In this document: positions 38,322 through 52,673 of the stretch, one piece after another | Layout of the letters: every line of letters begins with the position of its first letter | Position numbering within the stretch: position 1 is the stretch's first letter | NCBI GenBank assembly: GCA_032718475.1 | Contig: JAUCBJ010009013.1 | Location: forward strand, 1-54,668 | DNA length: 54,668 nucleotides | Source: Nemertoderma westbladi | Lineage: Eukaryota > Animalia > Xenacoelomorpha | Direction: 5' to 3' | Program-made: the position numbers and the translations under genes | The notes under the pieces: generated by a model | Databases searched by the model: none | Seen by the model: the letters and a program-made list of their open reading frames with translations, nothing else | What the model was told of the DNA's origin: nothing

Positions 38322-38745
38322 GCCAGGTGGTTTATAGGAATATAATAAACGCAGTACTCGTTTTCATTATAAGCCTCGTTGCGTTCGTCCTGTTTTGAAT
38401 TTAAATATATTTCTTAAACGCAGGGTAGGACGATCTTTATAATAATAATAACTAGGGATGCGATCAATGTGTGAAGCCAGGGTTTATATAATAATATAGT
38501 CAACGCAGTACTCGTCTTCTTTATAGGCCTCGTTGTGCTCGTCCTGTTTTGTATTTAAATATATTCTCTAAACGCAGACTGACGATCTTTATAACTACCA
38601 ATGCGTTCAATAGGCGCAGCCAGGTATGGTTTATAGGAATATAGTCTACGCAGTACTCGTCCATATTATATGCCTCGTTGCGCTCGTCGCTCGTCCTGTG
38701 TTGTCATATAATATTTTTCCTAAACGCAGACTGACGACCTTTATA
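38322..38745. repeat. Three imperfect ~145-bp tandem repeats
   Basis: GCCAGG..GGTTTATA...ACGCAGTACTCGT...GCCTCGTTG.G.TCGTC...TAAACGCAG..GACGA occurs three times. Confidence 0.85.
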
Positions 38746-39256
38746 CAGTTATAACTATGCGAAGTTTCGAAACTGTGCGAGTAACTGCTGATACATCTAT
38801 GTGGAGATGTGTGATACAACGCCAACGCATCGTATGCCGATGTAGTAATATGGGTAAGGAAATAATATTAAATCAATGTACACTCTTAAAGCTGCAGCGA
38901 AAAAATGTAGCTAATTTCGTAGGTTACATATAAAATAATAAAATTATTTTTAAGAACATTAATTTTACTACTTTACAAAAATTCAATTAAAAAATAACCA
39001 GACAAATACATTGTGGAATAAACTATTTCATATATAAGGCTACACAACAGCCATGCCATGGATTCTATTTATGTATTATATCTGTCATTTACCTGAGAGC
39101 AACACAACATTTATAGTAGAGTCAATAGTGGATTTAGAGAATGCTGTCTGGGCTGGAATAGCAATACTGGTTGCCCCTATTACAGTTCCTCTCTTGTTAG
39201 TCTACAACTACAACTCCCAGCCAGCTAGCTCCACACCAGCAGAGACTTGACCAAAT

Positions 39257-40434
39257 CATTCCCAGCAACTGGCTCCCTTACACACACATCCTTCCATCTA
39301 TGTACCAGCATGTTGGCCAATAAATGAGCAGTATTTAATGAGAATCAATTTTTTATGCTGTCTTAATTACTTTAGATCAATTAAAGACACATTTATTAAA
39401 GCAAATCACTTGAACTAATTAAAAACTATAATAGAATGGTATATGTGGATTACATCTGTATAATTTTTAAGTATAATTATTTAAATCTTATACTGTAAAA
39501 CAATTAATTTCCTTTAAAAGGCAGGTTGAAAATGGTGTTTTCACCGTAATCAACTTAATTAACTAATTAACTGCTATTATCTTAGCTTCTCGAAGGCCAC
39601 ACGGAAATTCTACTTGGAAATTTTCTAAACTTTTGCCAAACAACATGTGTACCAAGTTTGGATAGATTTCATCAAAGATTGGCCGAGTTATTAACGTTTA
39701 AAATTGAACACGACAGAACGACATAACGACAGAACGACAGGTTGATTAATGGTACCACTACGCTAAGGCTCACTCACTTCGTGGCTCGCCCCACACAGAC
39801 TCTATAGTGTAATAGGAGGTAGGGAATGCAGGTTTCAATCTCGTTAGGTCTAGCTGGCAGCCGTGTGGCTAGTTACATACAACCCCCCTCCACTGGCATT
39901 CCCAGCAACTGGCTCCCTTACACACACATCCCCCATCTATGTACCAGCCAACTTGCAAGTTGGCCAATAAATGATCAGTATTTAATGAGAATCAATTTTT
40001 TATGCCGTTTTAATTACTTTAGATCAATTAAAGACACAATTATTAAAGCAAATCACTTGAACTAATTAAAAACTATAATAGAATGGCGTATGTGGATTAC
40101 ATCTGTATAATTTTTAATTATAATTATTTAAATCTTATACTGTAAAACAATTAATTTCCTTTAAAAGGCAGGTTGAAAATGGTGTTTTCACCATAATCAA
40201 CTTAATTAACTAATTAACTGCTATTATCTTAGCTTCTCGAAGGCCACACGGAAATTCTACTTGGAAAATTTCTAAACTTTTGCCAAACAACATGTGTACC
40301 AAGTTTGGATAGATTTCATCAAAGATTGGCCGAGTTATTAACGTTTAAAATTGAACACGACAGAACGACAGAACGACAGGTTGATTAATGGTACCACTAC
40401 GCTAAGGCTCACTCACTTCGTGGCTCGCCCCACA
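39257..40434 (+). repeat. Two ~538-bp direct copies of a DINE/HINE-like non-autonomous element
   Basis: 39257-39795 and 39897-40434 are near identical. Both contain CATGTGTACCAAGTTTG, an (ACGACAGA)n microsatellite and a GC-rich end. The duplication is certain; the family is inferred. Confidence 0.75.
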
Positions 40435-42199
40435 AAGGTTTGGACGACAAGGACATAACCATTAAACAAACTGAGAAACGAATGTTAGGACATTCGGTTT
40501 CTTTAGTTTCAGAAAATTAAGAATATTGATTCTGCTTTTAAATTTTAAATTTGTTTATTTATATAAAGTGGAAAATATTTATTAGTATGACTGTAGCTTG
40601 ATTAAATTTATAAAGGCATTCCTGGCTTGACAGGACAACATATTAATTCAACTAGGCGGCAAAAGTGCGGCCCATTTCATTAGTGGCATTGTTACACAAG
40701 GCCATGCGATGTTGACTTATGGAGTTGGAGTGGAAAGGAGAAATTTGGCAATAACTTCTGCAGACGGCAGGTGTACAGAAACTGCAATTCAGAAAGTCAC
40801 CATACACCATCTGTGTTGTTACTGTGCCTGTCAATCACTCTCAAGCTCTGCGGGATTCCAATAGTAGCATGGCCTATGGATGTTTGAAGTAGCCGCCCTG
40901 CTCTTTGAGCTTAGTCTACCCGCCTAGCCGCCCTGCTCTTTATTCTTTTAGGTGTGGATAAGCCTGCCCTACTAACCCATGGCATCTCTTGCACTGAGGG
41001 ATACTTCGGCTCTACATTTTCAATCCGTTAAATCTGATCAATCTAGACAGAAAGTCTGGATTGAAGAAGTTGAAAGTAGGTTCAATTTCATCAATCTTAA
41101 CTATTATTTTTCTATGGGACTAGATTGACTGAGATTGATGGAGATTGAAGAATGGATTTTAATTGTGAACAAGACTGTAGTTTCAGAAGTTCAGTAATGA
41201 GGCCTCTTTTGGTACGACAACTATTTGATTAATATATTCATGTTATAGGCAAATAATTATTCCAACCGGACTGGATGCGGTATGTTGTGCCTCTTCAATG
41301 ATAATGGAAAAATAGATGCTGTAGAAGGACCGGACTCTGGGTTCCAAAAGCTAAACACATTTATCGTTAGAAACAATAGTCGTATTGATGTGAGTAGTGT
41401 GGGGTACTGTTATATTATATTTGGAATTTGTGGAGCAAATGACATTGCCACATACACCACGGTATTATACAGAGGACGTATAGGACTGCATGTGGGGGGT
41501 GACGACTGTACCATGTGACGAGTCTCTGATCCAATGGCAAAATTGCACGACACAGGACAGGGGGTGGTACCAATACCACAATTACAGTTTGCCATTGGCT
41601 CATCCTAATGACGCCTTTTACTGAACTTAATACTGACATACTTAACTTAAGCTTGTTGTTCATTTTTATATCAGCAGCCCAATATAAATAATTTAAGTCA
41701 TGTGATGTTGGTAAGTCACCATCATGCAATTGAATAAGCATTGTAAGTACAACTAGTTTATTACAATAGACTATAGTATAGGCCTAGCTACTGCATACTG
41801 CAGTTATCTTCAACTGCAGCTCAATGTTTAAAGCTCATCTATCCCATCATAGTAGACATGTACCGAACAACAAGAGTCCCACAATAAATGAAAACAAATA
41901 AGTTGGTGCCAGTTCCCAAGAAGGGCATCTAACACTCTATGGTTCTTTTCGGGGAATTTTCTGGGAACAACTGCATTGCTGCACATTTACAACCAAAATC
42001 AATTACTAATGATGACATATATATACCCAGTAACCACCCACGCTGAATTAACATGTGTCTACACCATCAATATGGTTAAAAATTTTCTATATAAATGGAA
42101 TGGCATATCATATTAACCGACAATTACCCAATCACCCCCAATCTATTGCTATACTATCATTTATTGCTATCTATACATTGCAATGTTTCAATCGGTCCA

Positions 42200-42900
42200 T
42201 GTTTGCAGCTGTCTGCACGTCCACGTAATCAGAATCATGGGTTCATCTCACCCAGCTATAGACTCTTCGGGTTTCTTGGCCATAATGATTGCAGTTTTGA
42301 TTGTAACTTTGGCCTGCATCCAGCAGTTGCTCGAGTTCACTTTCAGCTGTGATGAGACATTGGGAGAAGAATCCCTGTATCATTGTTATAATGTTTGGAG
42401 GCAATGATCTGTGTGTGAGAGAGACAGATTTTGTTGTCACCAAATTGAAGGCAATGATTACAGAAAATTCATCCAAGGAGGCCACCTCCGATTTATGGGC
42501 ACAAATCGTCCCGCGGTCAATGCGCCCGAAGAGAATACCTGTGGACCCCGATTTTGATTCGCGGCGTGTGGCTACAAACAGCAGGATGGCGGCGTGGCTG
42601 AGGTAATACGAATACGGTCAATCCATCTTGTGTGTGTCATTACGACTTATGATTATGTCATTCCATACACGAGATTAATATTTTTTGGTCTTCCCATGGA
42701 GTTCATCTATCGAGCTTTGTAAACAGTCAAACGGAATGCAACTTCGGGCTGTCACCATCAGTCGCGAATGTTATGTTCCAGCCGCGCGCTGGGGTAACAT
42801 TTGCGGACCACAATACCCATGAGATTATCCAACAATGGCAGAATAAACCCTGCATCACTGTTATATTATTTGGAACCGATGATTTTACTGAACTTAATAC
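42200..42900 (+). pseudogene. Two tandem SGNH/GDSL hydrolase-like relics
   Basis: Copy 1: IMGSSH..CNFGLHPAVARVHFQ..PCIIVIMFGGNDL. Copy 2: (G)SSH..CNFGLSPSVANVMFQ..PCITVILFGTDDF. Confidence 0.65.
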
Positions 42901-45272
42901 TGACAACACTGTGTTAGATGGCATTCCTCACTGACACACCAAACTTTACACTAGTAGATAGGAACCTGACAGCCAAGACGTTACTGACAGAGGTGATGGA
43001 GGATCTAAAAACAGGGGTTAAACACTGACACATTCAACAGACTAATTAATTCAGGTCAAACTGACTGAACTCAATGTACCGACGACAGATGGGATGTTCC
43101 ATTTTTTTTTGTCATGTTGTATTCCTGTTCCATATATAACACAATTAGTCATTGGGGTCTAGACTTAATAATATATTAGTATATTATTTACAACAGTTAT
43201 TTTTTTGATTAAACAAAGTAGTAAGTAGTTCAAGTAGTATCGCACATTTCATCGTGACATGAATAAACAACGGTTAACTTTATCTCGCCATATGAGCTGT
43301 TATCAACCTGTGAACTATAAGTACAGGTACCGAAATCGTCATACATTAAATTTGTAAAAACACAGTTACATTTTTGTAGTTATTCATATTCATTCGTTTT
43401 ATTATTATACTATTAATTTTGAGTTCGAAAGACAGCTGCAAAGTAAGTGTTTTACAAAGTTCCCATCCACTTTGCAATATCATTTTACTTCAGCTAAAAG
43501 TGTGACTGAATTTGAATAAGCTGGATTAAAATCAATCAAATAAGAGTCAAAAATATAAAAATGCAATAAATTTATTTCCGCTAAACAATATCGAATCTAC
43601 TTAAAGTACCGGTAATATCTTTCTTAACCTTGTATATTCATTGAGCCTCTACTTCCTCCGTCGAACGTAACGTATCACACTTCAAACATACAGGTAAATT
43701 TAAAATTAAATATTTTGCTTGTTTCACTGATAATAGAGTTCACGCTTTTATACCAAGGCAGTCAAGGGTTGACTGGCAATTAGTAATTATAGAGTTTACA
43801 TAGTGCATACTCTGCATCTCTATCTCACACTTACCTACCTATTCTGATGCCACACTTACGTACTTGTTCTGATGCCACACTTACCTAGTGTAATGTGTTT
43901 TTTTAACTTGCTTACTGGATTGTTCAATATTTTGATTTAAAAACTATTATTTGTAACTTATTTAACGGATATTTTGTTCTTATTTATTTAGCTTTACACT
44001 GGTAGCAGGTTGTTCAGTGTTTCATAATAGTGAATATTGATTACATTGTTTATATTGACTTAGGCCCTTATGAAAAAAAACCAAATGTAATGGATACTAT
44101 AGGATTCTCCGCTTAATACGTTATGAAGTTGGAAGATATATTGAGTTTTGAAAATTAGCAACCTTATGACCAAATATCAACAAAGTTTTAAGAAAACGAC
44201 TTCGAAGTAATGAGAATTTCAAACATTCCCACCAATTTTCAGTAATTGGGGGGGATTTTTCAAATGTAAGAGGCTCAAACTCACAAAAAGTGGTCATATA
44301 AAATCATTTTTTTTTTTTAAAAAAACGTTGCCCAAAGTAAGCAATATTATATATCACCAAAAAGCTTTCGATGCACCAAATTCAATGATGGTAATTTCCC
44401 AATAGCCCCGACCTCCTGGTAACAAATAATTAAGAAAAACAGATATCCATTTCTGTAACAATTGTCACACAAGGTCACACCCGATATCAACCAATCAACA
44501 CCCTTGAGTGGTGATTTTCGATGCCTATAACAAATTGTCCCACCATGTAACACCAGTTTTAAAAACACCGAAATTATAAATTAACCTAGATTTATTTTCC
44601 CGAGTTGGAGGTATCCAGCTATCCTGGTAACTGATCCCATTAACACCTCCTAATAAAGCTTCTCTAAGGTTTATTTATAAAAAGTTTATTAAAACATTTT
44701 AACAACATAACGTACAGCTATATTTCGTTCTATAATATTATCCTGAAGTTTTCAATTTGTTTTAAAACAAATATACCAAAGTCACTAGAATAATAATTTC
44801 ACAAACCAGCGAGCACAATATAATTGCATTAGAAAACCGTTCAAAATATAACTACACTACTATTATCATAATTTTGCGCGTTTCGTCGCGTCGAGACGAA
44901 TCCGATTCCGACATGGCGAATATCCTATCAATGGATTCCACGTAGGAATCGAGGGAATCCGCTAGAAATCCGTCGCAGTCTACCGGTCCCGACGACACGA
45001 TATCCACCAGAGGGCCACCGGAACGGTGAGCCAACGCAAGTATTCTCGCCGCCATGACCTTCACGAGTAAGTGTTAGTCGGTGTGAATCCCTATGGAATC
45101 GTCCCAGAGAAATCTGAGTAATTCCTACTAGAACTAGAGATTAATCCGGAAGTCGACACGGAAATCTCGGATAACCAACAATAGAGACTGCAGTTCGTCG
45201 ACCCGTTGATTATGCATTATAAAACATTATATACGGTCGATTATGTTTGTTCTATTAAGTATCACTGTATCA

Positions 45273-47578
45273 CTATGATAACAGATCAGTTAGTTCATCA
45301 AATGCTTCATCAGTTTCATCCCCACTCTCGAGCTCCACAGATCCTCCTGAACTTCCCATCCAGTCTCCCCCCTCCACAGATCCTGTTGTACTTTCCACTC
45401 CGTCTTCCACATCCTCCACAGATCCTCCTGTATTCAAAACGTTGTCTTCTACACCCTCCATAGATCTTCCCGCAACCGCCACTCCTCCAAAACCTGTAAA
45501 TTAAAACTCATTTTTAACGTAATGCAACGATAAAAATTCAAATCATCAAACAAAGGCGTAAGTAATTATCATAAAAACAGATTTAAAATAGATAAAATTA
45601 TATTTTCAGGAATTGTCAGGTTGTTAACTATTTTGATAGTTGGAATTATTTATTAAATTATATAAAATGTGTATATCATGTGTCAAGTCAACACTTGCAA
45701 TGAAGGAAATTCACTGCCACCTCGTTTTTAAAGTGAATTCAGATTTATTTTACATTGAATTTACATTATTTTACATTGAATTTACATTATTTTACATTGA
45801 TTTAATAATTAAATAATATGATAATATTCAGTTATTCTGATACAACTTTAAGCTTTTCGAACCTGCTAAAAATAACTATACCACTGCAGGTCCTGCAATC
45901 CGTCTTTAGGTCCTCGACATTATGCGCTGCGACATTATGCCCTGCATCGTTAGCGTTAGGAGCTGTAAAATACAGCAGTTTTATTCGCAGAAAAACACTA
46001 TTGCCAGAAAAAAATTAAATGTAAGATGTAATATTGACTCAGGTTTGTTATTGATTCGAATAACAAACATGCCACTTTATCCTGATCTTATCCCATATCC
46101 CCTAAGGACACCAGGATATTGAACAAATGTGCCGATTCTCATTAATAAACTTGGCTTTAAAAATTAATTTATTTCACAAAAAATTGAGTTTATTAATGAT
46201 AAAATTACTGTATTTCACTACTCGAAATCTCGAAATTCGAAAAATCAAAATATCGATTCCGGGACATTCATAAATATAATTTAATTGTGAATTATGCTCA
46301 CCATTATCTTTATCAGATTGCACAATACGACGATTGTCAACCAGTTGGCGATGCGCTTTAAACAAGGCTCTCTTAAGGGACGACTCTGTGAAGTCTGGGC
46401 GATTAGAATTAATCTTCAACAACATAGGGAATACAGTTTTCATCAGGGCGAGTTTCCCAACATCTTTGTTACCATGTCCTCTTCCTGACATTGAACATTC
46501 TTTCGCAAATTCTCGCGATATTAATGACTTAACTTGGAGCCCAACAGTTTCTCGGAGTGAGCTACCCCCTTTCTTTGAAAGACTATTAATAACTGAAGGG
46601 TTGGATATCATAAACTCCAAGTCAGCACTGGATTTTGCTGGATTTACGACAGTTTCTTGAAAGGAAGTGGTAATTTCCTCTGTTTCGTTGTTCTCTTTCA
46701 TCAAGTTAGCAAGTTTATTTAACCTTTTGTCTAAATTTCCAATGCGGACACAATACGAATGTAGTGTTGATCTATTCATAACATTTATTTAGGAGGTAAT
46801 TCGATTCTGCGAGTTGTCGGTCTGTCATTGACTTAACATCCACCCTATATTTGGGATCAAATTCGCCTTGGTCTTTCAGCACAGATACTAAGTTGGAGGT
46901 TGAATCCTGAGTTGTTGAAGTCACAGGGAGTGATGGAGTCACAGGCATGGCCCTTACAATATTATGCTCCATGACATTGGTTTCTGGAACATCGCCAATA
47001 TGTGGAGAAGAAGCGCGTACAACATTCGCATTGGACATTAAAGGGGAAGCTATGTTTTTACGAGAGTATGTTTGGGGTTGAGAGTTATTTGGATTTATAT
47101 ACAACGATGAAGGAAACGGAGGATTGGGAATTTGTGTATGGACTCGTGTTGGTGCACTAGGCTTTGATATAGACCTGAACCGCTGATGTTGAGGGCGGTT
47201 AGTTTCATCACATGACGAAGATATTGGTTGACCTAATGCGGAATAGGGATGAAAACGTAGACGATCTCTTGTATTGGGTAAAACTTTGTCAGGGAGTGAA
47301 GACGCAACCTGTTTAAAGCTGAAATGCTTTCGCTGCATTTCCCGGGCTTTGTCCAACACAGCCATGAAGGACGTATCATTAACTGAGCCATGAGACAAAA
47401 TGAGACATGTATATATTTTCCCCTTTTCTTCCCAATTCACATCATATGTGCCACTAAATTTCGGCTTAACCGAATCGATAACTTCTCGGTCAATATTTAC
47501 AGTAAAGTAACTCCTATTTGTTCCTTCACGGCAATATACAATAGCATCAGTATATATTGGTGTGGTCGACGAATCCAT
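45273..47578 (-). pseudogene. EnSpm accessory gene (DUF4806-like), spliced, with one frameshift
   Basis: ORFs 46772-47578 and 46174-46779 overlap out of frame. Motif GG.SLRETV...K.LIS.E.A...SM.GR..K. Donor GTGAG near 46299 and acceptor TTTACAG near 45494 on -. Confidence 0.65.
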
Positions 47579-47674
47579 GACATATATGTTCTATATATTA
47601 TATATAAATATATATATAGGTAATTAAAGATAGGCCTATAATTTTAACTGCCAAGGTTCCGTATAATTCAGTAA

Positions 47675-49727
47675 TTAGTTACACAACACACTAATATAAT
47701 AAACATTATCGTTTCTGAAAGTCATGGGCATGCATATACACTCAGCGAAAGTCTGAGATGTCAAATTGTTCAATATTCTATCCGGTGAAGGAATTTTAAA
47801 AAAACCTTCACCATAATGAGAACTTTTGACTGGTTGAGTGAAACAATCGTTTAGAAACTCCAGACGCTGCCCAGTTAAACTTATAATCTTATTATCTTTA
47901 CTATGTTCTACATGGCAGATCAAAATAAACATGCCATTTACAAATATGCAATTTCCCTTTCCAATCTTTGCTCCATGGGTATTTTCCGGTGAAGCGGAAC
48001 TCACTCTATCAAAGCCCTTGTTTATTACCTCTTGAAGCATCAGATCAATTCTCTTTGTTTTAATGCTTCGTTTTATAGAAGACATATAATTTTCGAAAGA
48101 GAAGGCACTCCATCTATCAAGTGCACCATACAAGGAACAAAAATATGCCAAGTGTGTTATTAAATGCATATTAAATGTATATATAGCAGGGGTATAAAGC
48201 TCCTCAAGACCACTATGAAATGTTAATATAAGATTATGTGCATATTCAAGGTAATTTGGTGAGCTTACCAATTGCATAGACACCATAATTCGGAGCGCAA
48301 CATGAATATGCATAAGGTTATTAACATAAATATCAGGCAGAAAATCTACCAATAAAGGGCAAGCATATAATATAAAAGTTCGAAGTTCAGTGGCCTTAAA
48401 ATGATTAATATCATTAAATCCTCTAAGCTTACGATTGAATACGAGTGGCATTGACAACCCAAATGACTGGAGGAGAGAATTTAGAACTGCCTTAGTACTA
48501 GGTTTCAAGACACATGGCAACGGATGCTTTCTATTACAGATTGAGTCAGTAGTAACCCAACAATGTATTAACTGCCTCACAATACCTAGACAGACACAGT
48601 GCATATAGTCAGGAGGAATTTGAGTACTCAGTTTTAAGATAGATCGCAAAGGAGTTAACGAATATTGGTGATGTGAATCAACAATATTCATATAATCCGA
48701 GTCAGTTCGTAGTGGCAAACTATGGTCTGGGTAAATAATTTTGCTCCGTTTTCTCGTAGCATTACCGGTACCAGTACTTGATACCTGTCCTCTGGATGTT
48801 TGATACCTACAACCCCAAAGCTTACAGTAGGTGCATGGGTCATAAGAACTGTGGCCCTTCACACAAAGAACCATACTGCGCGCAGGTGAGTCCATTATAG
48901 CTATTCTGTATTTCACATCATTATTCAAGGAATAGTTAGTGAGATACTCCAATAAACTCCATATATAGGTTTATATTACTTGGCTTTGTAGTACCAATCC
49001 AAAGAGCTATTTGAAAAACTTTAACAACTACACCTAATATGCCACTTCCACACAACTCAGACTTCAGTTCAACACTTCCAAGAATAGGCCAAAGCGCGTT
49101 ATTTGAAGATTTCGAGATAGGAAGACCATCGATATTAATGGTGATTACTTCCCCCTTAAACTTTTCAGGGATTCCAAAAAAAACCATTCGCCCCCCTGCT
49201 ATATTTGAAATAGAGGATATGCGACTTTTTAATTCCTGAGGCGTGTTTTCAGAGTGGTTGATGCGCAAGGTTTTTGCAGTTCGTGGAAGATGCTTTGACA
49301 CATGATAATGCAAAATATTTAAAAGATCGGAAGCAGCATTGTCAGACACTGAGCTGTTGCCTTTTAACCAATTTAAAATCGCACACAAATTATTAGTTTC
49401 AATACAGCTCGTCTTGCCTGATTTCGTATACTTTTTGGTGGAAGCGTCATCAATTATAAAATCAGCCTCAGAAGAAGAGTTATCAGAATCATCTGAATAA
49501 TATTCAGAATCATTAGAATCGGTTTCTGTATTATTACTTGAACCACGTGCACCCTGATCTAGATCAAAGCTGCTGAGTGTGTCATGGTGGCATGATGGTG
49601 CATCCGTTTGAACGTGGAGGACTGAATCAGGATTGGATAGGCCTAAGCCAATGGCCTCAGATACAGATATTAAATCCTCAACAAGCTGCAGCCTTCGCTT
49701 TCTATATTGCTGCATTCGGGAAGCCAT
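47675..49727 (-). pseudogene. EnSpm/CACTA transposase with a single frameshift
   Basis: INIDGLP..KSS....WPILG, DSPAR....KGH..Y..C..C, DYMH...LG, KATELR.F.LY, N.H...HL, SAF.FEN. Frameshift near 48950. Confidence 0.92.
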
Positions 49728-50548
49728 TAAACTCCAAACTGGATCTCAGACTTAAAATTTAATAAGTAAAAAAAATAATTATATACAATATATTCCTATC
49801 CTATACAATATATCCTATAGGCCTATAGGCTGTCCTATACAATAATTCGGGCCCGACGAATTTGTACAAAAAAATACAAAATAGTACAAATGACAAAAGA
49901 ATACAAAAGAGTACAATAAAGTACAAGTACAACTAGTACAAAAGAGTGCAAAAATAGTACAAAAGAATACAAACGATTGAGAAACGCTTGCAAAACGTGT
50001 ATCCATGTGTAGTTCAAATCGTTTAGGGGGGCGCACATGATGTGCAAAATAAAACAACGCATTGTCTGATTGTGGGGCGAGCCATGAATTGAGCAGGGGC
50101 TGATCTACCTGTGTTTTAACAGACAAAAGAGTACAAACGAGTGAGAAATGCAAACAAAACGTGTATACCAGCAGACCAGTGTAGTATACACTACACTACA
50201 CTTGTATACAAATATAATTAATTGTAAGCAAATGCAATGGCACCTAAATATGCGCCGCTACAGCTGTACAGTGTCAATCACCAGCGGCCTTGGTTCTGTG
50301 GTCAGTATGAAATTATTGACATAACTTTGATTCATGTAGATTTTGACAGGCATACAAGTAGAAATAGGCTCTACAGTTCGTATAATACAATATAATGCAA
50401 TACATACTATGCACTATGCAGTGGGTAGATAAAACTCCTATAACTGAGATTCAGAATTTAGGTCATAGTCTTAAAGTAGCCCATATACTGAAGGATAGAC
50501 TGAATGCTACATTGTTATGTGTAGGCTATGTCGCCCGTATGCTAAGTG

Positions 50549-51102
50549 ATTTTTTTGTGCGCCGAACGCGACGCGGCGCAGAAAAAAATGTGCGCCTGGG
50601 CAGTCGAAAACAGTGCAAAATCCGCGTGCGCAGCAGAAAAACTGCGCGAGATTGGCGCGCGCAGCAGAAATTCTGCGCGAGATTGGCGCGCACAGCAGAA
50701 ATACTGCGCGAAATCTCCTACCACGTACCTGCCTGCCTACTGCTGTACTGGCAGACTGGCCTAAAGCACACCAAGCAGCCAAGTATGAAGTAGCAAGTAG
50801 GAGGCTTATTATTTCAGTATTTCTTACAGTCTTATCTGTATTGTCATTACAGCATTACCCTGTTACCGGTAGTCGGCAGACTGCCAGGGGTAGCGGGTAG
50901 GTCTACTTACCGGTACTGACAACTGACTTAGTGCTGTAATGCAAGTCTGAGCCGTGCTATCAATTTTCTGCGCCTGCGCCTGTCGCACCGCGCTCTAAAT
51001 TTTCTGCGCCTGCGCGCTGCGCGGCGCTGCGCTCTCAATTTTCTGCGCCTGCTCCAAATTCTGGAAAAAATTGTGCGCCGAACGCGTTCGGCGTACATGC
51101 CC
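50549..51102. mobile_element. CpG-rich MITE-like element
   Basis: GCGCAGCAGAAA repeats on the left face TTTTCTGCGC repeats on the right. TTGTGCGCCGAACGCG occurs at both ends, with an 18-bp palindrome at 51076-51093. Confidence 0.6.
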
Positions 51103-52673
51103 TACTTAGCAGAATGGGCTATGTCGTGTGTATGCCTCTATCTGCAACTTTATTTCTCCCTCTGCAATTTTGCGGGCTTGGGACCGTTTTTTGTGTTTTT
51201 TGAACACAAAAAGCTGCATTAAACAGTCACTGATCTATGCCAAAATTGGCATTTTTCAAAATTGGAAGTTTTCATGCCAAAATTGGAATTTTTGATATAT
51301 TTTCTGTCCAGGGTCAGCCAATATTGGCTGGGGTTAACTAAATTTTGCAAAAAATTATATTTTGATGCATTTAGAAACTTTTGACCGAGATAAAAAAAAA
51401 TTCACCATGCTTTTGGTTTTTTATGATTAAAATTTTGATACTGTGACCTCTAGTTCCAAAATTGGAAGTTTTTGACCTGCCGTTTTTGGCATTTTTTATT
51501 CTGATAGAGGAAGAGGGGGAGGTGGTCATGTGGTTGTAGTTGCTGAGTTGCAGGCATATATCTGTATATTGGTATATTCAGAATTCAGATATTACCGAAC
51601 TTTTGTTGTAAATGTGTCAGTGTCATGCCATGCTGTGACAGCTGTGATCGTGTGACAGTGTGATGTGACATTATACATTCTAGTGACTACTGGACTACCT
51701 AAGAAATGCCCTGGGCTGGGCCATACGCCCATACAACAATGTCAGATTTGATCACATTATCAATTTCAATACCGGTACTTTGTCTCTGTTTGTGTTTAAC
51801 TACCCGTATACATTCTGACATTTTTTTAACAATTTGCTATCACCATCACCTGCTTAGCTTGAAGAAGACTCAGTTCCAGTTTTTGTATTAGTGTAAGTAC
51901 TTCCAGACAGCCAGGGGCGGTCATTCATTACCAGTGCCTTTTGTTTTATTAAATGCCGACTTTGTGCCACATATCTCAGTCAGGAACACTGGTCACATGT
52001 TGTCCATGTTACAGCCAGAATGTGTCCGCGGAAAACGCCCTTAGAGTGAAATTTCTCCATAGAAATCAATGCTAAATTTCATTTGAAAACTGGCATTGAA
52101 GTTTTAACATTGGCATTTTAAAAATTATACCATTAAAATCGCCATAAAATTCTGTATAGATTAATTTGAGAATTACAATCTCAGCATTGGGATAACTATA
52201 ATTAATATTTAAAATATAAAACGGTCACATTATGTCCGAAAACGTGAATTGCAGCCAAAATGTGTCCGGCTTATGCTTTGAGTTGTTGTGGTGATTGATG
52301 TATGTCTTACGGTGTTTAATCAGCCAATCATTGTTGAGTGGCCATATAGCACTATATCAGTATAGTGTGTGATAGTGGGTTTATATTCCTTAGTGCGCAG
52401 TGAAGTGTAATCCATAATCTGCCAATCATTATCTGTAAATGTGCATGTACTGTTGTTACTGTATATGAGCTTTGTATCGACATGACGAGGTGATGTTACT
52501 TTATGTACAGTATGTATATTCGTTTTACATTATCATTAACATTTATTGTTTGGGTTCCTTCTGTAATTCTATTCTATAGTTTCATAATTTAATTATCTAG
52601 AACTACTATTTCTTAAATTGTTTATGCTGTAAATTATCATATATAGTTATCATTATCATACAAATACTGAAAT

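Larger units (their letters stand above)
44855..50181 (-). mobile_element. EnSpm/CACTA (CMC) DNA transposon, apparently full length
   Basis: CACT...AGTG termini each flanked by TA; subterminal repeats (GGAATC/GATTCC left, GTACAAAA right); contains a transposase and an accessory gene. Confidence 0.75.

Noticed and set aside
50395-50900. Arg/Ala-rich ORFs
   Set aside because: They arise from the CpG-rich repeats of the MITE-like element.
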